Below the pieces are notes generated by a model. That model saw nothing but the letters and a program-made list of their open reading frames with translations. It was not told the DNA's origin and made no database searches. 64,000 nt of DNA from a bacterium (GTDB taxonomy: Bacteria > Patescibacteriota > Minisyncoccia > Moranbacterales > DUUL01). This document shows, piece by piece, positions 39,949 to 49,963 of the stretch. The DNA is taken from positions 14,367 to 78,366 of the forward strand of contig JABGXP010000002.1 in assembly GCA_018675685.1 (NCBI GenBank), read 5' to 3'. The position numbers and the translations under genes were made by a program. The first letter of the stretch is position 1. Each line of letters opens with the position of its first letter.

Positions 39949-40494
39949 ATGGCAAAAATAAACCTCAAGTCAAATGAGATGTCTGGTAGAAGACCAAACA
40001 GTCAAGGAAGTAACAAATCTTTGGTTTTTGGAATTGTATCGTTGGCTGTGGGCTTAGCGGTTTTTGGAATGGTTCGTTATTTGACGATCCAGACTGAAAA
40101 TCAAAACGAAGAAGCTAGAGCTGAAGTTGTTCAATTAGAAAACAACATGAACACAGATGATGTGAAAAAACTCTATGACTTCCAAGATCGTTTAATTGAG
40201 ATTGAGGGTCTTATGGACAACAAAGTTTCACAAATGGAGCTTTTGGAGAAAATTGAAAGACATACCTTGCCAGCAACAAGATTCACAAAATTAGAGTTTG
40301 AAAGGCAATCCAGTAAGACAGAAATTGATGCTACAGTTGTGGTTGAAAACCACGTTGAGTTAGCAAAACAGATCGAAGCCTTTAGTTTGATTGGGAGCGA
40401 AGTAGAAAATGTGTTTTTGAGTTCCAGTAAGATTAATAGGGAGGGCTCTGGCATTGAAGGTAATGTCATCTTCTATTATAAAGATATAAAATAA
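39949..40494 (+). CDS. pilN: PilN-like pilus assembly protein, copy 2
   Basis: 181 aa, single TM after a short cytoplasmic N-terminus, coiled-coil. Position after pilM. Confidence 0.6.
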   Translation: MAKINLKSNEMSGRRPNSQGSNKSLVFGIVSLAVGLAVFGMVRYLTIQTENQNEEARAEVVQLENNMNTDDVKKLYDFQDRLIEIEGLMDNKVSQMELLEKIERHTLPATRFTKLEFERQSSKTEIDATVVVENHVELAKQIEAFSLIGSEVENVFLSSSKINREGSGIEGNVIFYYKDIK

Positions 40495-40532
40495 AGAGAT
40501 ATTTATTTTAAATAAAAAATAAAAAATAAAAA

Positions 40533-41312
40533 ATGAAATTAAAAATTCTTTTCTTTCCAATTGCTCTTTTTGTAGCTTTCATGATAACAATCTTTTTTAC
40601 AAAGCCAGAGTGGGATATTTATCAAGAAAAGCAAGAAGAATTAACTAAATTAACAATGGAACTGGACGACTTAAAGAGCGGAAATGCCTCCATTGAAAAT
40701 GCCACAAAAAAATTCAACAGCCTAACTCCAGATCAAGAAAGTTTGGTTTTAAATGCTATTCCAAGCGAAGAGAAGAACGATGACTTCTTGGCTGAGGTGC
40801 ATAAAAGTGCTGAAACAAGTGGTGTTTTTATTATATCCACAAAAATAAAGAACCCTCAAATCAATAGAGCAAATAGGAATATTCTTCCTGGTTCTCTCGC
40901 AAGTATGACTCCAACCAGGACTGGTGTTACTGCAGAAGTTTCGGTGATGGGTTCATATATTGATATTGCTGAATTTGTTAAAGAAGTCGATTCCCACAAT
41001 AGATTCACCACACCAAGAGAACTTTTGATTATTGAACAGCAAGTAATAGCTGATGTTGCAGAGGAGGAGATTTCCGTAGAAAATGGTTCAATGATAAAAT
41101 GTGAACTAACCTTTGATTTCTTTAGTAAGGAGAAAAACGAAAAGTTACAAATTGCAAATTTGATTAGAGCGAATGACCCAGTTATTAAGAGCTTGTTGAG
41201 TGGCCAATTTAAAACAGGGATTATTGAGGATTATCAAAACTCTATTACCAGGGAAGTATTTAGACCTGTTAGTGCTGGAAGTGCAGGCAAGGAAGACATT
41301 TTCTCTAGATAA
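40533..41312 (+). CDS. pilO: PilO-like pilus assembly protein, copy 2
   Basis: 259 aa, N-terminal TM, coiled-coil (EKQEELTKLTMELDDLK). Position between pilN and pilB. Confidence 0.5.
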   Translation: MKLKILFFPIALFVAFMITIFFTKPEWDIYQEKQEELTKLTMELDDLKSGNASIENATKKFNSLTPDQESLVLNAIPSEEKNDDFLAEVHKSAETSGVFIISTKIKNPQINRANRNILPGSLASMTPTRTGVTAEVSVMGSYIDIAEFVKEVDSHNRFTTPRELLIIEQQVIADVAEEEISVENGSMIKCELTFDFFSKEKNEKLQIANLIRANDPVIKSLLSGQFKTGIIEDYQNSITREVFRPVSAGSAGKEDIFSR

Positions 41313-41357
41313 TTTTGAAGCTAAGTAAGAGGTGATTAAATAAAAAACAAAAGATAA

Positions 41358-43064
41358 ATGATTCGAGATAGCGAAAAAGACGTAGTAAATTGGAAAGAAG
41401 TCAAGCTTGACAAAAGCCTTGCTAAATTACTTCCAGTTGATTCGATCAAGAAATATAAATTTATACCATTCGAGGAAACAGCAGATAGCATTAAAGTTGC
41501 TGTAGTTGACAGAACGGATGTAAACACGCAGAACGCCCTACGTTTTTTTGTTCAGAAAAACAAAAAAAGGATAGACATTTTTCCAATATCAGAATCAGAG
41601 TTTAATCTTTTATTGGGAAAGTTAAAACACTCTTCCGCAGAAATTAATAAATTTTTATCAGCATTTGAAGAGTCTTCACAGATAGATGAAAATGAAAAGG
41701 CTGAATTGGCAAAAAAGAAAGGAGGAGGTGTTGGGGGGATTCTAAAGGATGCTCCCGTTGCAAAAATGGTAGAAGTGATCATCAAGAATGCAATTGATGG
41801 CCGAGCTTCTGATATCCATATTGAACCAATGGATGATTATGTGAGGGTTCGGTATCGTGTGGATGGTATTTTGTATAATAGTATTTCGTTACCACAAAAA
41901 ATAGGCCCAGCAATTGTTTCAAGAATCAAAATTCTATCGAATTTGAAAATTGATGAAAAGAGGAAACCACAGGATGGTAGATTTAGAATTAAAGATTTAG
42001 GACAAACAATTGATTTTCGTGTCTCAACCTTTCCAGTTTCATATGGTGAAAAGGTGGTGATGCGTATCTTGGATACCAGATCTGGTATTATTGGACTTGA
42101 TAAACTTGGGGTTGAAGGACGAGATGATAAGTTGATTAGGAAAATTATTGAGGAGCCACATGGGATTATTCTGGTTACTGGACCAACAGGAAGTGGAAAG
42201 TCTACAACGTTATATTCAATATTAAACATCCTAAACAGAGAAGGGATTAACATTGTAACACTAGAAGATCCTGTCGAATATGTATTGGAAGGAGTGAATC
42301 AAAGTCAGGTTAAACCGCAGATCGAATACACCTTTTCATCTGGGCTAAGAAGTATTTTGCGTCAAGATCCAGATGTTATTATGGTTGGAGAGATTCGAGA
42401 TGAGGAAACTGCTGAGCTTGCAATTCATGCTGCATTAACAGGGCATCTTGTTCTCTCAACTTTACATACAAATTCTGCAATCGGAGCTATTGCACGTTTA
42501 GTAGATATGGGTATCCAACCATTTTTATTAGCATCTTCCCTTAATCTTTTAATTGGGCAAAGACTCGTTCGGAGAATCTGTCCAAAATGTAAAAAAGAAG
42601 TTGAAAATTTATCAGTTGGAGCGAAGAAAATGATAGAGCGAGAGTTGCAAGATATGCCAAAACAAGGGCTTGAGAGAGTAGGAGCTAAAACAGCTAAGGA
42701 TGTTAAGGAGATCAAAGCATTTGAAGGAGAAGGATGTTCTGAGTGTCAGAACAAAGGAGTGAAAGGGCGTGTTGGAATCTATGAAATGGTTGAGGTTACA
42801 GAAGAGGTGTCGTCTCTTATAGGGAGTGGTTCACCAGAAACAATCATTGAGAAAGCTGCTAAAAAAGATGGGTATACAACAATGAAGCAAGACGGTATAA
42901 TTAAAGTGTTAGAGGGGTACACAACAATAGAAGAGGTTCAGAGGGTTACTGATGAAGACGCTAACAGTGAAGAGTTGGAGAATCAAACAACCGGAGAAGA
43001 GACGGTTATTGAGGATGCAGACAAGGAAATTTCAGGAGATGATAAAAAAGAGGTTAATCTGTAA
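41358..43064 (+). CDS. pilB: type IV pilus assembly ATPase PilB (GspE family)
   Basis: N-terminal GspII_E N domain. Walker A VTGPTGSGKSTTLYS. Asp box. Walker B VIMVGEIRD. C-terminal tetracysteine (CPKC...CSEC). 568 aa. Confidence 0.9.
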   Translation: MIRDSEKDVVNWKEVKLDKSLAKLLPVDSIKKYKFIPFEETADSIKVAVVDRTDVNTQNALRFFVQKNKKRIDIFPISESEFNLLLGKLKHSSAEINKFLSAFEESSQIDENEKAELAKKKGGGVGGILKDAPVAKMVEVIIKNAIDGRASDIHIEPMDDYVRVRYRVDGILYNSISLPQKIGPAIVSRIKILSNLKIDEKRKPQDGRFRIKDLGQTIDFRVSTFPVSYGEKVVMRILDTRSGIIGLDKLGVEGRDDKLIRKIIEEPHGIILVTGPTGSGKSTTLYSILNILNREGINIVTLEDPVEYVLEGVNQSQVKPQIEYTFSSGLRSILRQDPDVIMVGEIRDEETAELAIHAALTGHLVLSTLHTNSAIGAIARLVDMGIQPFLLASSLNLLIGQRLVRRICPKCKKEVENLSVGAKKMIERELQDMPKQGLERVGAKTAKDVKEIKAFEGEGCSECQNKGVKGRVGIYEMVEVTEEVSSLIGSGSPETIIEKAAKKDGYTTMKQDGIIKVLEGYTTIEEVQRVTDEDANSEELENQTTGEETVIEDADKEISGDDKKEVNL

Positions 43065-43075
43065 TAATAAACACA

Positions 43076-43453
43076 ATGAGTGAGAAGGCAAAAAAAATAC
43101 TTGTGATTGAGGATGATAAGTTTATTTCAGAAGTGTATATCGCAAGGCTCTCGAAAGAAGGTTTTGAAACAGTGCTTGTTGGTGACGGAGAAGCTGCTAT
43201 AAAAAAAGCTAAAGAAGAGACACCAGACTTGATTCTGTTGGATATTTTTATACCTAAAATCGGAGGAATGGATGTCCTGAGGGTTTTGAAAGAGAAAGAT
43301 GAAACAAGGAATATTCCAGTTGTCATGTTAACTAATGCCACGGAAGAAGAATATATCGATAATGCGATGGGGATGGGAGCTGTGGATTATCTAGTTAAAT
43401 CAAACTACACTCCAGAGGAGATTGTCCATAAAGTGCTTGAACATTGCAAATAA
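43076..43453 (+). CDS. single-domain response regulator (CheY-like receiver)
   Basis: KILVIEDD...DLILLDIFIPKIGG (phospho-acceptor Asp)...VVMLTNATEE...K. 125 aa with no output domain. Confidence 0.8.
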   Translation: MSEKAKKILVIEDDKFISEVYIARLSKEGFETVLVGDGEAAIKKAKEETPDLILLDIFIPKIGGMDVLRVLKEKDETRNIPVVMLTNATEEEYIDNAMGMGAVDYLVKSNYTPEEIVHKVLEHCK

Positions 43454-43495
43454 AGATGCAGGGAATGATTAAAACAAAAATTTAAGACTATAAAA

Positions 43496-44575
43496 ATGAA
43501 AGAGAGTCAATTAGCACAAAAACTTAAGAAACACTTGGCAAACGTTGTTCAAAATAATGGTTCAGACTTGCATTTATCTGTAGGAGATTATCCAATTATG
43601 AGAATTGATGGGGTTTTGTATAGGCTAAGCAAGGAAGAGATAATTAGCCATGATGACATGGATTCTCTCTCAGAATCATTGTTGAATAAAAAGCAGATGG
43701 AAAAATTCTTAGCTGAAATGCATGTTGATTTTTCGCTTGAAATTGATTCTCAGGACCGTTTTAGGGCCAATATGTTCCATCAAAAAGGACACATCAGCTT
43801 AGCACTTAGATTTATTCCGAAAGAGATTAGATCGCTTGATGAGCTTGGAGTTCCAGATGTTGTCTATGATTTTATCAAGAAAACACAAGGACTCTTATTG
43901 CTAACAGGGCCAACAGGTCATGGAAAGTCAACAACTCTGGCAGCTTTAATTGATCATATTAATCACAACAGACAAGAACATATCGTTACAATTGAGGACC
44001 CAGTTGAATATCTCCATCATTCCGATCAATGTTTGATTGAACAGCGAGAAATTGGGAAAGATGCATTAGATTTTGGCAGTGCCCTGACAGCTTGTTTTCG
44101 TGAAGATGTTGATGTTGTCTTGGTCGGTGAGATGAGGGATCTTGAAACTATTTCTACTGCCATTACGGCAGCGGAAACAGGGCATCTGATCCTTGGAACC
44201 TTACATACAAATGATTCAGTTCAAACCGTCGATCGTATTATCGATGTTTTCCCTGCTTATCAACAAAATCAAATACGCTTTCAGCTTGCAAATGTGCTTC
44301 TAGGTGTTGTTTCTCAAAGATTGTTAAAAAAGATTGGTGGCGGAAGAGTCCCGGCGGTTGAGGTACTGATCAAAAATCGTGCCGTTGAAAATTTAATTCG
44401 CCAAAATCAAACACATCAAATTGGTGTGACCATTGAAACCTCGTTAGAAGATGGAATGATTGGAATCAATCGAGCTTTGGCAAATCTAGTTAAGGAGGGA
44501 CAGGTAACCTTAGAGGATGCAGAAATGTACTCCACGGATGTTAATTCATTTAGAATGTTACTTGAAACAGCATAA
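43496..44575 (+). CDS. pilT: twitching motility (pilus retraction) ATPase PilT
   Basis: LLLTGPTGHGKSTTLAALI Walker A, VLVGEMRD Walker B, GHLILGTLHTN His box. 359 aa. Confidence 0.9.
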   Translation: MKESQLAQKLKKHLANVVQNNGSDLHLSVGDYPIMRIDGVLYRLSKEEIISHDDMDSLSESLLNKKQMEKFLAEMHVDFSLEIDSQDRFRANMFHQKGHISLALRFIPKEIRSLDELGVPDVVYDFIKKTQGLLLLTGPTGHGKSTTLAALIDHINHNRQEHIVTIEDPVEYLHHSDQCLIEQREIGKDALDFGSALTACFREDVDVVLVGEMRDLETISTAITAAETGHLILGTLHTNDSVQTVDRIIDVFPAYQQNQIRFQLANVLLGVVSQRLLKKIGGGRVPAVEVLIKNRAVENLIRQNQTHQIGVTIETSLEDGMIGINRALANLVKEGQVTLEDAEMYSTDVNSFRMLLETA

Positions 44576-44611
44576 TTTTATTAATAAAGCAAAATTCATT
44601 AAATTTTAAAA

Positions 44612-45820
44612 ATGAAATTTAAATACAAAGCACAAAACAAAGGAGGTCAATTACAACAAGGTATCGTAGAAGCATCCTCCACACGTTCCGCAAAAGAACT
44701 TTTGATTCAAAATGGTTTGTCGATTGTCTCTTTGGATGAAATTAAGGAGGTACCTCTTATTTCTAGTCTTTTGAGGATTTGGGAAGGCGTTAGACCAAAG
44801 GAGTTTGTGATTTTCGCAAGACAACTATCAACTCTTATTGATTCCAAGGTTCCACTTTTATCAGCACTGCATTCGATTGCCAATCAAACCGAAAATAAAT
44901 ATTTCGCTTTGAAGATAAATTCTGTAATTGTTGATATTGATGGAGGTTCCTCCTTATCAGAGGCAATGGCCAAAAACCCTGAAACATTCACTCAGTTTTA
45001 TGTGAATATGGTGAAAGCCGGAGAGGCGTCCGGAACGCTTCAAAAAGCTCTCAATGATTTGGCTGACAACACAGAAAAAAATTATGAGTTGACAGCAAAA
45101 TTAAGAGGGGCGATGTATTATCCTGGCTTTATTTTGGGTGCGATGATTGTAGTTGGTTTTGTAGTAATGGCCTTTGTTATGCCAAAACTCTTAGTGATTC
45201 TAAAAGAGTCGAATGTAGAGCTTCCTTTGCAAACAAAGCTTTTGATAGCCATAAGTGATTTTATGGCTAATTATTGGTGGGCTGTTGGAATCGCCATGAT
45301 TTTTGGAATTTCTGGAGTGATGTATTATATTAAAACTGACGAAGGAAAAAAAGAATTTGATCAACTTATCTTGAAAATACCGATTATCAAAAAAATCTTA
45401 CATAACGTTTATATTGCACGTTTTTCTGAGAATCTTTCAACTTTGATTCAAAGTGGTTTGCCGATTACTACAGCACTTTTAATCACCTCTGATGTTGTTG
45501 GGAACCATGTTTACAAAGAAATTATCAGAGAGTCTGCAGAGGAAATTAAGAAAGGTGGAGGAATTGCTGATGTTTTGAATAAATATGAAATCATACCACC
45601 AGTGGTAGTGCAAATGGTTAGAGTCGGTGAACATACAGGGAGAATCGAATTCACTCTTAGTAGGGTAACCAAATTTTATTTAGCAGAAACTGATCGTATG
45701 GTGAAAAATTTCTCAACTTTAATCGAACCGATTTTAATGGTTATTTTGGCAGTTGGCGTAGGACTCTTAGTTTCTGCTGTGCTTTTGCCAATTTACCAAG
45801 TTGCTACTTCAATTACTTAA
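44612..45820 (+). CDS. pilC: type IV pilus inner-membrane platform protein PilC (GspF family)
   Basis: Two T2SSF repeats, three TM regions, 402 aa. Conserved position after pilT. Confidence 0.9.
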   Translation: MKFKYKAQNKGGQLQQGIVEASSTRSAKELLIQNGLSIVSLDEIKEVPLISSLLRIWEGVRPKEFVIFARQLSTLIDSKVPLLSALHSIANQTENKYFALKINSVIVDIDGGSSLSEAMAKNPETFTQFYVNMVKAGEASGTLQKALNDLADNTEKNYELTAKLRGAMYYPGFILGAMIVVGFVVMAFVMPKLLVILKESNVELPLQTKLLIAISDFMANYWWAVGIAMIFGISGVMYYIKTDEGKKEFDQLILKIPIIKKILHNVYIARFSENLSTLIQSGLPITTALLITSDVVGNHVYKEIIRESAEEIKKGGGIADVLNKYEIIPPVVVQMVRVGEHTGRIEFTLSRVTKFYLAETDRMVKNFSTLIEPILMVILAVGVGLLVSAVLLPIYQVATSIT

Positions 45821-45841
45821 TTTTCCCAAAAAAAGGTTTTG

Positions 45842-45850
45842 TGCTAGAAT
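45842..45850 (+). promoter_or_regulatory. possible extended -10 promoter (TGcTAGAAT) for the first pilin gene
   Basis: TG-n-TAGAAT about 78 nt upstream of the pilin ATG, which has a good SD (AGGCGGGTGA). Confidence 0.3.
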
Positions 45851-45927
45851 AGCTAGGTAAACATCAAAAAGAAAAAGTGATTTAATTTGTATAACTCAAA
45901 AATGAAAATAGAAAGGCGGGTGAAAAA

Positions 45928-46341
45928 ATGAAATTGATAAATAAAAATGAAAAAGGATTTACGCTAGTTGAGCTTTTGCTTGTAATTGCGATTATTGGAG
46001 TCTTAGCTGCCGTACTTTTTGTTTCACTTGGACGACAACGTGAAAGAGCAAGAGTTTCTGCTTTCAAACAACAGATGAGAGCACTAGTCCCTGTTATTAC
46101 AACTTGCCGAGATTCAGCTGGTACAATTCTGGCAGCAGGAAATGGAACAGCAGTTTGTAACCCAGCTGGGAATCATGGACTTCATCTAACTAATGACGCA
46201 AGAGTTGACTGTGATGGAGCTGGATCGTATTCAGTCGCAACATCAGGCACGGAAGGTGTTCTGGGAAGCTGTAATACAACAGCAGGAGTCTGTACTGCCA
46301 CATGTGATCCACAAGGATGCGTTTATGCTAATTGTGATTAA
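45928..46341 (+). CDS. type IV pilin (prepilin-type N-terminal cleavage/methylation domain), Cys-rich globular domain
   Basis: Class III signal: [21 protein letters not shown] (G-1, F+1, E+5). 137 aa. 9 Cys in the C-terminal domain. Confidence 0.8.
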   Translation: MKLINKNEKGFTLVELLLVIAIIGVLAAVLFVSLGRQRERARVSAFKQQMRALVPVITTCRDSAGTILAAGNGTAVCNPAGNHGLHLTNDARVDCDGAGSYSVATSGTEGVLGSCNTTAGVCTATCDPQGCVYANCD

Positions 46342-46478
46342 CATTGAGCATTGAATTCATTTGTTTGAAGATCTAGATCATTAAACAACTGGATTTCCAA
46401 AGAAACATTTTTTGGAAATTCAGCGTTTGATTGTCTCTCTCTGGGAGTAGAGAATATAAAAAATAATAAAGGCGAGAA

Positions 46479-46910
46479 ATGAAAACAAAACAAATTAGCG
46501 AAAGGGGTTTTACATTGATAGAGCTTTTAACCACCGTTGCAATTATCGGTATTTTAGCTTCAACAATTTTTGTTTCTTTGAGTGGGCAGAGAGATCGAGC
46601 GAAACTTGCTTCAGCAATGGAAAGTGGAAGAAGCGTGATTCCATCAGCTGTTGACTGTTTTATGACAAACAAGCAACTAACTGCTTGGACGAGTGCATCG
46701 ACCGGAGGGAATGCCATTTGCGCTGGAAGCACTGGTGTTTGGCCAAGCCTTGGTGATACCGATTGTGTTTATGAAAACTTAGATGACACAAGCGCAGCAA
46801 CTGGTAACAAGAGGTGGAGAATAAATTGTGATAGCGGAAGTTCATTTGTTTCCTGCTTTGCAAAGGACGGTAATTGCTGTAAATCAGATGCATCATATGT
46901 TTGTAATTAA
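46479..46910 (+). CDS. type IV pilin-like protein
   Basis: RGFTLIELLTTVAIIGILAS prepilin motif. Cys-rich C-terminus containing a VWPSLGDTDC motif. Confidence 0.75.
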   Translation: MKTKQISERGFTLIELLTTVAIIGILASTIFVSLSGQRDRAKLASAMESGRSVIPSAVDCFMTNKQLTAWTSASTGGNAICAGSTGVWPSLGDTDCVYENLDDTSAATGNKRWRINCDSGSSFVSCFAKDGNCCKSDASYVCN

Positions 46911-46927
46911 TTTATTATCTCAAGGCA

Positions 46928-47371
46928 ATGCAATTTAGATTAAATAAAAAAGAAGAAGGCTTTACGTTAATTGAGCTGTTGCTAACTATGGCTATTATTT
47001 CAATTCTTGCAGGAACAATCTTGGTTTCCGTGTCTGCTCATAAACAAAGAGCTGAGGAATCAAGAATGCAGGCACAACTTGCAGGTGCAATTCAAAATAT
47101 GGTACTTTGTCGAAGTGATGGAGGTGCTATTGCTGAACCAAATGGAACAGCTGGCGGTGCGAGTATTTGTAGTTTAGGCGCTAGTTATGGTAGTTGGCCA
47201 ACAACTGGGGGATCTACTGGTTTTGGAGGTTATGTGAGTGATACTGATTTTGAGGATGGTGCTTGGTTCGTTTACACACAGGATTCAAAGGCTAGAATTT
47301 GTTGCAACAGTGGAAGCAATCAATGTAGCCACTTATTGAACAGCGAAGCTTGTACAAATATAACACCCTAA
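46928..47371 (+). CDS. type IV pilin-like protein
   Basis: EGFTLIELLLTMAIISILAG prepilin motif. Cys-rich C-terminus containing a SWPTTGGSTG motif. Confidence 0.75.
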   Translation: MQFRLNKKEEGFTLIELLLTMAIISILAGTILVSVSAHKQRAEESRMQAQLAGAIQNMVLCRSDGGAIAEPNGTAGGASICSLGASYGSWPTTGGSTGFGGYVSDTDFEDGAWFVYTQDSKARICCNSGSNQCSHLLNSEACTNITP

Positions 47372-47389
47372 CATTAATTATCAGTAGTA

Positions 47390-48211
47390 ATGGAGATATT
47401 GTTTTTCATAAAAGCTGCTTTTTTGTTTCTGTTGGGAACTATTTTTGGTAGTTTTGCTAATGTATTAGTGGATCGTGGAGAAAGAAAAGAAAGTTTACTA
47501 GGTTCTTCTCATTGTGACTTTTGCAAAAAAGATCTTCGGTGGTTTGAGAATATTCCTGTTTTGGGATATTTTTTTGTAAAGGGGAAGTGTTCGAAGTGTA
47601 AGAAAAAACTGTCCTTCCAGTACCCAATGGTTGAGTTTTGTATTGGCCTTTTATTTCTTGCGGTTGGATTCAAGACAGGTTTAATTCTTACGCTCAGTAG
47701 TAGCTGGTCAATTATTTTTGAAACAAGTTATTTTTTAGCAATTATCTTTATCCTAAGCGCTATATTTATTTGGGATTTAAAATATATGATAATTCCAGAT
47801 AGATTAGTGTTAACAGGTGCCGTACTAACTGTGGTCTATACTGTGGTTCAGTACCTTAACTCTAGTTGCTCAATTTTTTCCATTAGTTGTTTTGTGACAG
47901 AAAACTTACTTGGCGCATTGCTTGTAGGCGGATTTTTTCAAGCTTTATTTGTTATTTCGAAAGGAAAATGGATTGGTGGCGGGGATGTGAAAATTGGCTT
48001 TTGGCTAGGATTTTTGATAGGATGGAAGCATGTATATCCCTTTTTGCTAATAACTTATGTTGTTGGTGCGATAATATCTTTAATTTTAGTAAAAAAATCG
48101 AAAAAAGGCTGGAAATCACAAATACCATTTGGACCTTTTCTGGTGATTAGTAGTTTCATTTTTTTGTTTTTTGGAGAAAAGTTGTTATACTTATACGAGA
48201 GATTATTTTGA
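47390..48211 (+). CDS. pilD: prepilin peptidase (A24 family, PilD)
   Basis: N-terminal tetracysteine CDFC...CSKC. Catalytic Asp motifs IIPDR and GGGDVK. Multiple TMs. 273 aa. Confidence 0.8.
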   Translation: MEILFFIKAAFLFLLGTIFGSFANVLVDRGERKESLLGSSHCDFCKKDLRWFENIPVLGYFFVKGKCSKCKKKLSFQYPMVEFCIGLLFLAVGFKTGLILTLSSSWSIIFETSYFLAIIFILSAIFIWDLKYMIIPDRLVLTGAVLTVVYTVVQYLNSSCSIFSISCFVTENLLGALLVGGFFQALFVISKGKWIGGGDVKIGFWLGFLIGWKHVYPFLLITYVVGAIISLILVKKSKKGWKSQIPFGPFLVISSFIFLFFGEKLLYLYERLF

Positions 48212-48801
48212 TCATTCATTCAAACGTGAAAAATAAAAAAACAAATAAAAATTTAAACAAAGGGTTTACATTGATTGAATTGGTTGTTTCAATTGCAATG
48301 GTGACGATTTTGTCGACCGTAGTTTTGAAGATTTCCCGTTTTTCTGACACACACAAAAGCCTAACACTAGCAAGAGACGAAGTCCGTGTGGCAGTTCGAA
48401 TGGCGCAAAACTCTTCTTTGTCGATTCCAAATCCCGAGCAAAAACATATTTGTGGATATGGTTTGTATATTGAAGACAATAAAACATATAATGTATTTTA
48501 TACTTACATAAGCGACAGCGATTTTAGTGATAACCCGAACACTTGTCAGGAAGAGGCAAGTTACCGTTCGTTTAATTTGGTGGACAGCGCTCAAGTAGCG
48601 GAGATTAGTAGCAGAAAGTTGGGCGATGCCCTTATTTTTACCTCACATATTGGAGAGAGTATTTTTTTTAGAGTTCCATATAGTGAACTTTTCGGTGATA
48701 ATGGAGAGTTATTAGCATTCGATTTCGTAATTGATATTCAAAATACAAATGTTGGTGCAACAAAATCTGTTACAATTAACAATGTTGGGAAAATAGAATA
48801 G
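48208..48801 (+). CDS. minor pilin-like protein (prepilin-type N-terminus)
   Basis: KGFTLIELVVSIAMVTILS. ATGA overlap with pilD. Confidence 0.65.
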   Translation: MIIHSNVKNKKTNKNLNKGFTLIELVVSIAMVTILSTVVLKISRFSDTHKSLTLARDEVRVAVRMAQNSSLSIPNPEQKHICGYGLYIEDNKTYNVFYTYISDSDFSDNPNTCQEEASYRSFNLVDSAQVAEISSRKLGDALIFTSHIGESIFFRVPYSELFGDNGELLAFDFVIDIQNTNVGATKSVTINNVGKIE

Positions 48802-48816
48802 TAGTTAAGTTAAAAA

Positions 48817-49347
48817 ATGAAAAGCAATTTATTTAAAAAACAAAACATAGACAAAGGTTACACTTTAATTGAAGTGATTTTAGTCATTGCTATAACAGGA
48901 GTTACATTCACGACTCTTTACAGTCTTTACGCAAGTACTGTCAAAAGAAGTGTGGACAGTAGATATGAAGTAATTGCTTCAAATTTAGCGCAAGAGGGCG
49001 TTGAGATTGTTCGAAACATTCGTGATGAAAATGTAATGTTAAATAGGGATATCAACGATAGTTTAACTGGAGCCTGCAGGCCATATTTTAGAGAGGGAAC
49101 TCCGAATCCAGAATGTGATAACAATAGAAAGAACGAAGTTGAATTGGAAGCGGGAGTTTATCGAAACTGCTCCTTGGCCGGTTGTGTTAATCCAGATAAG
49201 GTGGTTTTTGAAAGAATCTGTAATATTGGAGGAAACATTGAGCGCATGGTTGTTACATGTACAGTTAGTTGGGATAGCTTTGTGAACGTAGCTATTAGTA
49301 GAAGCGCGGATGCAACAGTCACATTAAGTGATTGGCAAAGTAATTAA
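48817..49347 (+). CDS. minor pilin-like protein (prepilin-type N-terminus)
   Basis: KGYTLIEVILVIAITGVTF. Confidence 0.65.
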   Translation: MKSNLFKKQNIDKGYTLIEVILVIAITGVTFTTLYSLYASTVKRSVDSRYEVIASNLAQEGVEIVRNIRDENVMLNRDINDSLTGACRPYFREGTPNPECDNNRKNEVELEAGVYRNCSLAGCVNPDKVVFERICNIGGNIERMVVTCTVSWDSFVNVAISRSADATVTLSDWQSN

Positions 49348-49358
49348 TTTAAGTAGGA

Positions 49359-49940
49359 ATGAAAACAGCAAAACACAAACAAAAAGGTTTTTCATTGATT
49401 GAAGTTCTTGTTTCAATCGCTATTTTTTCAGTTATAGTTGGGGGTATTCTACTTTTCAGCATTAGAACAATTGAAGCTCATACAAAGACTCAAGCAATGC
49501 AAAATGCATTAGAGAATGCACGTTTTGCAATTGAAAAGTTGAATAAAAAAATTAGAACAAGTAAAGAAATTAATGGTGATGATGGTATTGTGACGAGTTT
49601 AACAGGAAGTAATGAAGTTTTTTTTGTTGATAATGTAGACGCAACTAAACAATGTTTCAAGTTTGAAAATGATAAATTGTTTTTTGACGCGATAGACGCT
49701 GACAGTGATGCTGTTAATTGTTCTCATGCTGATTTTAACAATTTTGAAGCATTGATCGGCTCAGATGATGGGAAGATCAAGGTGAGTGGTGAATTTATTC
49801 TAAGACAAACTGATTCAGTTCAAAATGACCGTGGTTTTGTTAGAACCGTGGTCACGATTAAATATAATGACGCCTCAACAATGGTAACTGAGAAAGATTC
49901 TGTTACGATCCAATCTGGCGTTTCATTACGTGATTACTAG
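49359..49940 (+). CDS. minor pilin-like protein (prepilin-type N-terminus)
   Basis: KGFSLIEVLVSIAIFSVIVGG. Confidence 0.65.
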   Translation: MKTAKHKQKGFSLIEVLVSIAIFSVIVGGILLFSIRTIEAHTKTQAMQNALENARFAIEKLNKKIRTSKEINGDDGIVTSLTGSNEVFFVDNVDATKQCFKFENDKLFFDAIDADSDAVNCSHADFNNFEALIGSDDGKIKVSGEFILRQTDSVQNDRGFVRTVVTIKYNDASTMVTEKDSVTIQSGVSLRDY

Positions 49941-49963
49941 GTTTGTAAGAAAAAAACCACTAA

